45,952 bases of DNA from an uncultured Prevotellaceae bacterium (GTDB lineage: Bacteria; Bacteroidota; Bacteroidia; Bacteroidales; Bacteroidaceae), in NCBI GenBank assembly GCA_900321835.1, contig ONXQ01000005.1, positions 1 to 45,952 on the forward strand, written 5' to 3'. The first letter of the stretch is position 1. Every line of letters starts with the position of its first letter. Below the pieces are notes generated by a model. The model was not told where the DNA came from. It did not search any database and saw only the letters and a program-made list of their open reading frames with translations. Shown one piece after another: positions 31,375 to 39,738 of the stretch. Position numbers and translations under genes: made by a program.

Positions 31375-33242
31375 TACTCCTCTTTGGTGGCACGACCGAA
31401 GGACGCAAGGCTGCAGAGGTGCTCGAAGAGGCCGGCAGCACGTTCTACTACTCGACCAAGACGGGCGAGCAGGACATCGCCCTGCACCACGGGCTGCGCA
31501 TCGACGGAGCGATGGATGCCGAGGCGATGCAACGTTTTTGTCAGGAACAGGAAATCCGCCTCATCATCGACGCCGCCCATCCCTTTGCGCAGCAGTTGCA
31601 CCAGACCATTGCCGACGTCGCCCAGCGCCTACGCCTTCCCGTCGTCCGCTACGAACGCATCTTTCCGCCGCGCGACGAACACTTCATCTGGATTGACCGC
31701 TACGAAGATTTGCGCACGCTGCGGCCTGCCACCGTTCTTGCCACAACCGGCGTACAGAGCATTTCGCACCTGAAACCCCTCGAGACCGCAGGCTTCCGCT
31801 TCCTGTACCGCATTTTGCCCCGCGAGAGTTCTGTGGCACTGGCAAAAGCGCAGGGTGCTGCCGACGACCAACTTTGCTACTATCACGACGACGAGGACGA
31901 AGTCGCCCTGCTCCGCAGGCTCCGTCCCGACATCCTCCTGGTGAAGGAAAGCGGTGAAAGCGGTGGTTTCAACAAAAAAACGCAAGCCGCTCGTTCACTG
32001 GGTATTACGGTTGTCGCGCTGAAACGCCCTGCAACGCCTTTCACCTTCCACTGCGTCAACGGTCCGCACGGACTTCGCCGCCGTGTCGAGCAGTTGCTAC
32101 CCGACTTTTTTTCCCTGCACAGCGGCCTGACCACAGGCACGTGTGCCACCGCAGCCGCCGTAGCAGCAACGATTCGTCTGACGCGGGGTGAAACACCCTC
32201 CCAGGTGCCTGTCATCCTGCCCGACGGCGAAACCATCTCCGTCGGCGTCGGCTATGGCAACGACTATGCTTTCTGCATCAAGGACGGCGGCGACGACCCC
32301 GACGTGACCGACGGGATTGAAATAAGGGCAAAGGTGGAGGCACAAGCCCCCCTCCACCTCCCCCCCGAAGGGGGAGGGCCTCAAAAACAGCCTGTAGATA
32401 AGGAATCCTCCCCACTCGGGGGGGAGTTAGAGGGGGGCCAGGTCTTTATCACTGGTGGCGAAGGCATCGGAACCATCACCCTCCCCGGCTTTGACTATCC
32501 CCCTGGTTCGCCAGCCATCAACCGTGTACCCCGGGAGATGATAATGACTAACTTAAAGGCACTCCCCTTATGTGGGAGAGATGGAGGGGGGCCGTTCACC
32601 ATCACCCTCTCCGTCCCCAACGGTGCAGAGATAGCCCGCCGCACGTTCAATCCGCGCCTGGGCATCGAGGGCGGCATCAGCATCATTGGGGTGAGCGGCA
32701 TTACGAAACCCTTCAGCGAAGAGGCCTTCGTCGCCTCCATCCGCAAATGTATGGAAGTGGCAAAGGCCAGTATGCCCGCCGAAGGCTGTCTGGTCATCAA
32801 CAGCGGCGCGAAGAGCGAGGCCTACGTCAAGGCGCGTTTTCCCGAACTGCCTGCACCCTGTTTCGTGCAGTATGGCAACTACATCGGTGCCACACTCCGC
32901 ATCGCGGCCGAACTCGCCATTCCCCGTGTCACGCTTTGCGTGATGCTGGGCAAGGCCGTCAAACTCGCTGCCGGCAACCTCGACACCCACAGCCGCCGCA
33001 CGACAATGGACGTCGGCTTTGTCCTCTCCATGCTCACCGAGGCAGGGTGCAGCGACGACGTCATCGCCGCAGCCCACGGTCTCACGCTGGCCCGCGACCT
33101 CTGGACCCTCCTGCCGCCCGACCGTCTCGAACCTTTTGCCCGCGTCGTCATCCGCCATTGTCACCACCATTGCGACCCGGTTTTGCCCGACGGCCAACTC
33201 GACATCCTGCTCATCGACGAGGAAGGACATATATACGCCTGA
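31371..33242 (+). CDS. cbiJD: cbiJ-cbiD fusion: cobalt-precorrin-6A reductase / cobalt-precorrin-5B C1-methyltransferase
   Basis: CbiJ: MILLFGGTTEGR, IIDAAHPFA, LVKESGESGG. CbiD: SGLTTGTCATAAAVAA, KDGGDDPDVT, PAINRVPREMI, FNPRLGIEGGISIIGVSGI. ATGA overlap with the preceding ORF. The frame is open but contains the inserted repeats listed below. Confidence 0.8.
   Translation: MILLFGGTTEGRKAAEVLEEAGSTFYYSTKTGEQDIALHHGLRIDGAMDAEAMQRFCQEQEIRLIIDAAHPFAQQLHQTIADVAQRLRLPVVRYERIFPPRDEHFIWIDRYEDLRTLRPATVLATTGVQSISHLKPLETAGFRFLYRILPRESSVALAKAQGAADDQLCYYHDDEDEVALLRRLRPDILLVKESGESGGFNKKTQAARSLGITVVALKRPATPFTFHCVNGPHGLRRRVEQLLPDFFSLHSGLTTGTCATAAAVAATIRLTRGETPSQVPVILPDGETISVGVGYGNDYAFCIKDGGDDPDVTDGIEIRAKVEAQAPLHLPPEGGGPQKQPVDKESSPLGGELEGGQVFITGGEGIGTITLPGFDYPPGSPAINRVPREMIMTNLKALPLCGRDGGGPFTITLSVPNGAEIARRTFNPRLGIEGGISIIGVSGITKPFSEEAFVASIRKCMEVAKASMPAEGCLVINSGAKSEAYVKARFPELPAPCFVQYGNYIGATLRIAAELAIPRVTLCVMLGKAVKLAAGNLDTHSRRTTMDVGFVLSMLTEAGCSDDVIAAAHGLTLARDLWTLLPPDRLEPFARVVIRHCHHHCDPVLPDGQLDILLIDEEGHIYA
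32347..32439 (+). repeat. in-frame GC-rich hairpin insertion inside cbiD
   Basis: ccCCTCCacCTCCCCCccgaaGGGGGAGGgcc tcaaaaacagcctgtagataaggaat CCTCCCCactcgGGGGGAGttagaggggggcc; encodes APLHLPPEGGGPQKQPVDKESSPLGGELEGG. The AT-rich centre is atypical for this CDS. Confidence 0.6.
32560..32593 (+). repeat. second copy of the CTCCCC...GGGAG...GAGGGGGGCC motif inside cbiD
   Basis: cACTCCCCttatgtGGGAGagatggaggggggcc resembles 32407-32439. It is preceded by rare-codon AT-rich DNA (atgataatgactaacttaaag). Confidence 0.45.
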
Positions 33243-33350
33243 GCGCTCAGAAATTTTCGTCTGAGCGCTCAGACGTTTTCCTCCGAGCGCTCAGACGTTT
33301 TCTTCCGAGCGCTCAGACGTTTTTTTCCAAGCGCTCAGATGTATATAGAA
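33238..33350 (-). repeat. 22-bp-phased GAGCGCTC element, reverse orientation, 5 units
   Basis: Cores at 33241, 33263, 33285, 33307, 33329. The first core overlaps the cbiJD stop codon (ccTGAgcgctc). Head ...tttttttccAAGCGCTCagatgtatatag. Confidence 0.92.
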
Positions 33351-33434
33351 AAGGTACACTGTCCGAAACCCGTCAGTGCAGAAAAAAAATCGAAATAATT
33401 TAGTAGATTTGTTTTGGCTTCAGCATTTTTTTCG

Positions 33435-33442
33435 TAACTTTG
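33435..33442 (+). promoter_or_regulatory. -7 promoter box TAACTTTG for the riboswitch-led operon
   Basis: ttcgTAACTTTGcag just upstream of the riboswitch. Confidence 0.6.
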
Positions 33443-33454
33443 CAGCGCAAAGAG

Positions 33455-33650
33455 AACAACGGTAGTGCCGCGCCGTCACGACGGCGGTGCGAAGCACGCA
33501 AGGGAATGCGGTGTGAATCCGCAGCTGTACCTGCAACTGTAATCCTCTTCTTTTAAGGCTGTCCATCCATGCCACTGACCCTCTGGGACGGGAAGGCGGA
33601 CAGACCGGGGAAAGCCAGGAGACCTGCCGTAAGAAACGAATCTCTTCCAA
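33455..33650 (+). promoter_or_regulatory. cobalamin (B12) riboswitch
   Basis: Conserved core AAGGGAATGCGGTGTGAATCCGCAGCTGTACCTGCAACTGTAA, GCCACTG (33571-33577) and B12 box AGCCAGGAGACCTGCC (33613-33628); about 50 nt upstream of the TBDT start. Confidence 0.9.
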
Positions 33651-33699
33651 ACAGAAAAAGCGCACGCTCAGGAAAAAGCGCAGCGAAAAGCAGACTTAA

Positions 33700-35835
33700 A
33701 TGAGGATACGAAGAGTCGCCTTAGGGCTGGCATTGCTATGCTGTGCCGCTATGGGTCGCAGTCAGGACGTATTGCTCAGCGACACACTGGAAACGGTGGT
33801 CGTCACGGGCACCGGCACGAAGCACCTGCTGAAGGACGCTCCCGTCGAGACGGAGGTCATCAGCGGACGCACACTGCGTCAGTATGGCGGACAAAGTCTC
33901 GAGGACATCCTGGGAAGCCTGTCGGCCTCGTTCGCCTTCAACGAGGGCGACATGGGCAGCCAGATGCAACTGAACGGCCTCGGCAACTCGTACATTCTCG
34001 TACTCATCGACGGAAAGCGCCTGACGGGCGACGTGGGCGGACAGAACGACCTTTCGCTCATCGACCCCCACAACATCGAGCGCATCGAAATCGTGAAGGG
34101 TGCATCGAGCGCCCTCTACGGCAGCGACGCCATCGCCGGCGTGGTCAACATCATCACCCGCCGCCACGAAGGAGGCATCATGCTGGAGAACTCGACACGC
34201 TACGGCTCGTACAACGACGTCCGCCAGCACAACAGCGTCGGCCTGGCATGGGGAAAGTGGAAGAGCCTCACGGGGTTTCAACTCCAGCATTCGGACGGAT
34301 GGCAGAACACATCGGTCGAAAACACACCGAGCAGCGCCACACCCGTCACCGACTCGCGCAGCATGACGGTCAACCGCCACACAAGTTGGCAACTCTCGGA
34401 GCAACTCACCTTCGCTCCCAGCGAAGACCTTGAGTTCTACCTCGCCGGCACGCTGCACAGAAAGGGCATCTACCGTCCGAAGGGAAAATATCCCAAATAC
34501 GACGTCAAGACCTTTGACCTCAAGTATGAAAATGCCTCTGCAGCCCTGGGCGGACAGTGGCGGACAGAACGCGGCGACCTGCTGACCCTCGACATCGACT
34601 GGGCGCAACACGCCTACTACCACGCCTTCACTTCGACGACGCTGACCGAGGGCTTCGATGCCGACGGACTTCTGATTCTGGACTTCCCCTATTTCGCCGG
34701 ACAACGTCTGCTGCAGAGCAACCAGCAACGCACCACCGCCCAACTGAAGGGCGTGTTCAACTTCCCAAATCACAGACTGTCGGCCGGCCTCGAGGCGCGT
34801 TTCGACCACCTGAAGGCTCCGACCAGCCTTGCCTCACGCACGGCATCCGACAACACCGAGGCGCTGTACGTGCAGGACGAATGGTCACAGTTGCACTGGC
34901 TTTGGCTCACAGGCGGCCTGCGCCTGTGCCGCAACGAAGGCTTTGGCTGGCGGCTGACGCCCAAACTCTCGGCGATGGCCCGACTGGGCAACGTGCGTCT
35001 GCGTGCTACGTGGAGTCAGGGTTTCAAGACCCCTACGCTGAAAGAGATGAACTACCGCTACATCCGCGAGATGACGAACATCGTGATGTACCTGGGCAAC
35101 GAAAATTTGAAACCGCAGACGTCGAACTATTTCTCGCTTGGAGGCGAACTGACGCACCACGGCTTCAACTTCACAGTCACAGCCTACGTGAACCGCCTGG
35201 ACAACATGATTGCACTGGCGACGGTTTCCACCAGCGCTGCACCTGCAGCCTACCGCGAGCAGTACGGCGAAATGCTGAACAAGGTGCGCCGCTACGAAAA
35301 CATGGAGGATGCACGGACGATGGGCGTGGACATCAGCGCAAGTTATACGCGAAAGGAGTGGACAGCCGGTGCCAGTTACAGTTACCTCGACACGAAGGCA
35401 CACGTCTATGACTCGGACGCGGAACGGCTCGAGCGCGTTGTCATTGACGGCATGGCGCGTCACAAGGGCAATGTTTTTGTGACGTGGGAACATCGTTTCT
35501 CTCCCTCCTATGCACTGGGGCTCGGGCTGTACGGCCGTATGTCGAGCCGGCGCTTCTATGCCCTCGACGGCAACGGTCGTCCGTTCCAGATCTGGCGGTT
35601 GACGACGTCGCACAACCTGGGGCACAGCCGCACGATGACCTACCGGCTGGAGGCGGGCATCGACAACATCTTCAACCATGTGGACCGCACGCCTCACGGC
35701 CTGCATCTGGGCACGACCTCGCCGGGCACGACTGTGTTTGCCACGCTGACCGTGCGTTTCAAGACCAACAAGTCACTTAAATTTTCCAATAAACATAAGT
35801 CTAACTCTAAAAATCAAAACGATGAAGAAGATTAA
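33700..35835 (+). CDS. TonB-dependent receptor (BtuB-like, riboswitch-controlled)
   Basis: Signal peptide; TonB-box-like ETVVVTGT; plug motifs LNGLGNSYILVLIDGKR, IERIEIVKGASSALYGSDAIAGVVNIIT; barrel ends ...TVFATLTVRF followed by a 24-aa extension. Confidence 0.85.
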   Translation: MRIRRVALGLALLCCAAMGRSQDVLLSDTLETVVVTGTGTKHLLKDAPVETEVISGRTLRQYGGQSLEDILGSLSASFAFNEGDMGSQMQLNGLGNSYILVLIDGKRLTGDVGGQNDLSLIDPHNIERIEIVKGASSALYGSDAIAGVVNIITRRHEGGIMLENSTRYGSYNDVRQHNSVGLAWGKWKSLTGFQLQHSDGWQNTSVENTPSSATPVTDSRSMTVNRHTSWQLSEQLTFAPSEDLEFYLAGTLHRKGIYRPKGKYPKYDVKTFDLKYENASAALGGQWRTERGDLLTLDIDWAQHAYYHAFTSTTLTEGFDADGLLILDFPYFAGQRLLQSNQQRTTAQLKGVFNFPNHRLSAGLEARFDHLKAPTSLASRTASDNTEALYVQDEWSQLHWLWLTGGLRLCRNEGFGWRLTPKLSAMARLGNVRLRATWSQGFKTPTLKEMNYRYIREMTNIVMYLGNENLKPQTSNYFSLGGELTHHGFNFTVTAYVNRLDNMIALATVSTSAAPAAYREQYGEMLNKVRRYENMEDARTMGVDISASYTRKEWTAGASYSYLDTKAHVYDSDAERLERVVIDGMARHKGNVFVTWEHRFSPSYALGLGLYGRMSSRRFYALDGNGRPFQIWRLTTSHNLGHSRTMTYRLEAGIDNIFNHVDRTPHGLHLGTTSPGTTVFATLTVRFKTNKSLKFSNKHKSNSKNQNDEED

Positions 35836-36925
35836 GTTGCTCGTCATGGCACTGGCTGCCATGATGTTGTCGGCAGGATTCACGTCCTGCAGCGACAACG
35901 ACGACGACACCATGTCGAACATGGAACGTTACCAACAGGAAGTGGAGAACACCGTACGTGCCGAGAAGGCGCACAAGAAAGCGCTGCTGCTCGTGGCCTT
36001 CGGCTCGACCTGGCAGCAGGCCTACGATGCTTTCGACCTGACCCGTCAGGAGTATCAGAAGGCATTCCCCGACTACGACGTTTTCCTCTCCTTCTCGTCG
36101 GCCATCTGCATCAACCGTGCAGCCGCAGGCGAGAACACGGCCAAGCGTTCTTTCTACGAACCCATGTACTGGCTCGAGGCTTTCGGCCGTGTGCAGTATG
36201 AGGAAATCATCGTGCAGTCGATGCAGGTGATTCCCGGCGAAGAGTTCAGCCGCGTGGTGAACGCCATGAAGGACTTCGGCAACAACAAACTCGGCGACCT
36301 GGACGATGCCTACATGAAGACCGTGACCCTCAAACTGGGTATGCCGCTCATGTACACCGAGGACAATGCCAAAGAACTGGCTTCGGCCCTCGACGCCAAC
36401 TTCCACAAGTATGCCGAGATGGGTGCCATGCTGTTCATGGGCCACGGCAACCCCGACGACTACGACACTTACAAGGCCAACGTGCGCTACACACAACTTG
36501 AGACTGCCCTGCAGGCCATCCATCCCAACTATTACGTAGGTACGGTCGATATGGCCGACAACTTCAAGGTGCAGGTGAACAACCGCATGGAGGCCAACGG
36601 CTTTGCTTCGAACGGCAAGGTGTTCTGCGCTCCGCTGATGTCGATTGCCGGCGACCACGCCCACAACGACATGGCCGGCGACGACGACGAATGGGATGAC
36701 GCGATGGCCACTCAGACCGAAGGCGAAGCCGAGGACGTAAGTTGGAAGAAATACTTCGGCCACAAGGGCTACACCATCGAGGAGACACCTTACTACACCG
36801 ACAACGGCGAAGACGCCCTCGTGAAGGGTCTGCTGGAGTACAAGAACATCCGCGACCTGTACATAAAGCACACCCAGGCGGCCGAAGTGGTTGACTTCTA
36901 CCACTCGATGTACCCCGAGGAGTAA
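35822..36925 (+). CDS. surface lipoprotein with CbiK-type (class II chelatase) fold; IhtB-like
   Basis: Lipobox LSAGFTSC followed by the acidic run SDNDDD. CbiK-like blocks LLLVAFGSTW, MLFMGHGNP, PLMSIAGDHAHNDMAG. Confidence 0.7.
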   Translation: MKKIKLLVMALAAMMLSAGFTSCSDNDDDTMSNMERYQQEVENTVRAEKAHKKALLLVAFGSTWQQAYDAFDLTRQEYQKAFPDYDVFLSFSSAICINRAAAGENTAKRSFYEPMYWLEAFGRVQYEEIIVQSMQVIPGEEFSRVVNAMKDFGNNKLGDLDDAYMKTVTLKLGMPLMYTEDNAKELASALDANFHKYAEMGAMLFMGHGNPDDYDTYKANVRYTQLETALQAIHPNYYVGTVDMADNFKVQVNNRMEANGFASNGKVFCAPLMSIAGDHAHNDMAGDDDEWDDAMATQTEGEAEDVSWKKYFGHKGYTIEETPYYTDNGEDALVKGLLEYKNIRDLYIKHTQAAEVVDFYHSMYPEE

Positions 36926-36944
36926 GCGCCCCGGCGCTACTCGC

Positions 36945-37045
36945 GCGCGTATATATACGTCTGAGCGCTCGGACGAAACGCTCTGAGCGCTCAGACGAAA
37001 ACTTCCGAGCGCTCAGACGTTTTTTTCCAAGCGCTCGGAAACCGA
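36945..37045 (-). repeat. 22-bp-phased GAGCGCTC element, reverse orientation, 4 units
   Basis: Cores at 36963, 36985, 37007, 37029; left end is the palindrome CGTATATATACG (36948-36959); head ...tttttttccAAGCGCTCgg. Confidence 0.92.
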
Positions 37046-37052
37046 AATAGAC

Positions 37053-39143
37053 ATGACAAGAAAAACATGTGATATGTTATTTAAGAAAGTAGGTTTTTTG
37101 ATGGCGGCACTCCTCACGGGGAGTGCTGCCTTTGCGCAAATTCACAAGATGGAACGTGCCGACACGTCGGCCGTGGCACACACCTACGACCTCAACCCCG
37201 TCGTCGTCACAGGCTCGGGCCACCATCAGCGCATGAAGTACACAGCCACGCCCGTCCGTATGCTTTCCTCGCAGGAAATCCGAGAACAGGGCATCACCAC
37301 CTTCGACGCTGCCCTCACACGCATGATGCCCCAGGTGTCGATGGCACCCAACTCGATGGGCACCTTCCTGCGGCTCAACGGACTGGGCAACAAGTACATC
37401 CTCATTCTGGTGAACGGACAGAAACTGTCGGGCGACATCTCGAACAATGTTGACCTCAACCGCATCAACATGGCACGCGTGAAGCGCATCGAGGTGCTCG
37501 ACGGAGCAGCCTCGTCGCTCTACGGCAGCGATGCCATCGCCGGCGTCATCAACATCATCACCGACCAGCCCACACAGCAACTGGTGAGCGTGATGAGCGA
37601 CACCCGAGTGTCGGGCAAGGGCCAACTCACCGAGTCGGTCAACCTCGACATCCACACCCACGGCTTCGGTTCCTACACCTCCTTTGTCCACGACCGGGCC
37701 GACAGTTACCAGACCACGGACCTCGAATACAAGAAAGGCTCCGACACCGAGACCCAGCCGACCATCGCACCCTTCTTCACCGGCTACCGCTCCAACGTGC
37801 TCAGCCAGAAGTTCACCTACAGTCCCAACCGCCACCTGGCGATGAACGCCTACGTGGACTATTCGAACAAAATCACCGACCGTCCCGCGACACGTCCCGA
37901 CATCACCGGCGGCACCGACTACGAGATGCGCTACCGCGGCCTGCGCTACGGCTTTGGCGGCATCTACAAGTTCACACAGCGCAACTCGCTGCAGGCCGAC
38001 CTGACCATCGACCGCTTCCGCTACGGCAAGGAATACGACGTCGAGACGAAGAACAACGCCGTGGGCGACTTTGTCGAGTCGAAACGCCAGCGCACCATCG
38101 AGGGACAACTGAAGGGCGTGCTCGGCCTCACGGCAAACTCGACCACCGTGGTCGGTGCCGACTGGCGCCGCGACAAACTCGTCGCCACGAGCGGCAACAT
38201 CGACCAGACCGCCTACACCCTCGCCGCCTATGCCCAGCACGAAGTGAAGATGTGGGACCTGCTCACAGCCACCGTCGGCCTGCGCTACGACTATCACGAG
38301 AACTTCCACAACCGCCTCACGCCAAAAGCCACACTGATGCTCTCGCCAGGCCCCTTTAACTTCCGTGCCACATGGTCCACAGGCTTCCGTGCCCCAGGCC
38401 TCGACGAACTCTACTACCACTACTACTCCGTCAACCGCGGAAAGCCGCAAATCACCTTCGGCAACAGCAGTCTCGACCCCGAGCGCAGCAACTACTTCGC
38501 CCTCAACGCCGAATACCGCACCCAGACCCTCGCCGTCAGCGTGACCGGCTATGTGAACCGCATCAGCGACATGATCATACGCCAGGACATCCCCGTCGGC
38601 TCGTCCGAACTGACCATGCTGCAGGCCGAATTTCCGGAGATGACGTCGGCCGAGGCCGCCAAACTCGAACGCTACAGCCGCTATGTCAACAGCGACCGCG
38701 GCGACGTCAAAGGTCTGCAAGTGAACGTGTCGGCCAACCTTTTCGATGGTTTCAACCTCTCGGCCAACTACGCCTACACCTATGCCCGGACTGAGAACGC
38801 CGGCGAGTGGAGCGTGCTGGAGCGCAGCATCCGCAACGTGGCAACGCTGGCGGCAAACTACCACCATGCCTGGGGTCACTATGCACTGAACGTCAACCTG
38901 AACGGACGCTTGCAGTCGCGCACCTACTATACCAGTTACGAGAATGCACCGGGCTACGGCATCTGGAACCTGCACACCACGCACACGTTCGATCACCTGC
39001 ATTGGGCCATCATCGAGCCCAGCATCGGTGTTGACAATCTGTTCAACCGGGTCGATCGACGCATCGACTCCAGCAACCGCAAGTACGCCCTCTACAGCCC
39101 CGGACGTATGATCGTCGTCGGTCTGCGCGTACGTTTCCAGTAA
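37053..39143 (+). CDS. TonB-dependent receptor (paralog of 33700..35835)
   Basis: LNPVVVTGS, LNGLGNKYILILVNGQK, IKRIEVLDGAASSLYGSDAIAGVINIIT, C-terminal VVGLRVRFQ. The start may instead be ATG 37074. Confidence 0.85.
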   Translation: MTRKTCDMLFKKVGFLMAALLTGSAAFAQIHKMERADTSAVAHTYDLNPVVVTGSGHHQRMKYTATPVRMLSSQEIREQGITTFDAALTRMMPQVSMAPNSMGTFLRLNGLGNKYILILVNGQKLSGDISNNVDLNRINMARVKRIEVLDGAASSLYGSDAIAGVINIITDQPTQQLVSVMSDTRVSGKGQLTESVNLDIHTHGFGSYTSFVHDRADSYQTTDLEYKKGSDTETQPTIAPFFTGYRSNVLSQKFTYSPNRHLAMNAYVDYSNKITDRPATRPDITGGTDYEMRYRGLRYGFGGIYKFTQRNSLQADLTIDRFRYGKEYDVETKNNAVGDFVESKRQRTIEGQLKGVLGLTANSTTVVGADWRRDKLVATSGNIDQTAYTLAAYAQHEVKMWDLLTATVGLRYDYHENFHNRLTPKATLMLSPGPFNFRATWSTGFRAPGLDELYYHYYSVNRGKPQITFGNSSLDPERSNYFALNAEYRTQTLAVSVTGYVNRISDMIIRQDIPVGSSELTMLQAEFPEMTSAEAAKLERYSRYVNSDRGDVKGLQVNVSANLFDGFNLSANYAYTYARTENAGEWSVLERSIRNVATLAANYHHAWGHYALNVNLNGRLQSRTYYTSYENAPGYGIWNLHTTHTFDHLHWAIIEPSIGVDNLFNRVDRRIDSSNRKYALYSPGRMIVVGLRVRFQ

Positions 39144-39159
39144 ATCATCTTATGAACAA

Positions 39160-39210
39160 GGAATGAAGAATGACGGATGCCCGCTTGTCGTTCTTCATTC
39201 CATTTTTTTT
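39160..39210 (+). terminator. GAATGAAGAAT-type hairpin plus T-run
   Basis: GGAATGAAGAATGACG-gatgcccgct-TGTCGTTCTTCATTCC then attttttttc; ends 8 nt before the next start codon. Confidence 0.6.
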
Positions 39211-39217
39211 CAAACCC

Positions 39218-39724
39218 ATGAAGCAACTCTACACCAGGACAGGCGACAGCGGCCTGACCAGCCTTCGCGAGGGCGTCAGGGTCGAGAAGGACGACCTGCG
39301 CATCGAAGTGAACGGACAGGTGGACCACCTCAACGCCCTGCTCGGTCTGGTACGCAGCGACGAGCGCACAGCAGCCCTGCTGCCGACCGACGACGCTGCA
39401 CTCATCAGGCGGGTGCAGACAGAACTGATGTCGGTCATGAGCCACATCGCCACGCCCAGCGGCAGTGTCAATCCCCGTCCGCTCCATGTCGGCGAACTGA
39501 CTGCTGAGATGGAGCAAGCCATCGACCGCCACACCGACGGGCGCACCACAGGCTTCACCATTCCCGGCGACACACCGGCGGCGGCGTTGCTCCATGTGGC
39601 CCGCACCCAGACACGCACCGTCGAGCGCCGGCTCTGGACCCTGCATCGCGAGCATCCGCTGTCGCCCAGCGTGCTCACCTTCTTCAACCGCCTCAGCGAC
39701 TACCTTTTTTCACTCACCCTCTGA
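39218..39724 (+). CDS. pduO: PduO-type ATP:cob(I)alamin adenosyltransferase
   Basis: Start moved to MKQLYTRTGDSGLTSL; VNGQVDHLNALLG, ARTQTRTVERR, FFNRLSDYLF. Confidence 0.85.
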   Translation: MKQLYTRTGDSGLTSLREGVRVEKDDLRIEVNGQVDHLNALLGLVRSDERTAALLPTDDAALIRRVQTELMSVMSHIATPSGSVNPRPLHVGELTAEMEQAIDRHTDGRTTGFTIPGDTPAAALLHVARTQTRTVERRLWTLHREHPLSPSVLTFFNRLSDYLFSLTL

Positions 39725-39738
39725 CTCTTTTTCCAACC

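Noticed and set aside
36926-37052. A second cobalamin riboswitch upstream of TBDT-2 or upstream of cobC (40756-40860)
   Set aside because: These gaps are filled by the repeat arrays and contain no GCCACTG or B12-box sequence.
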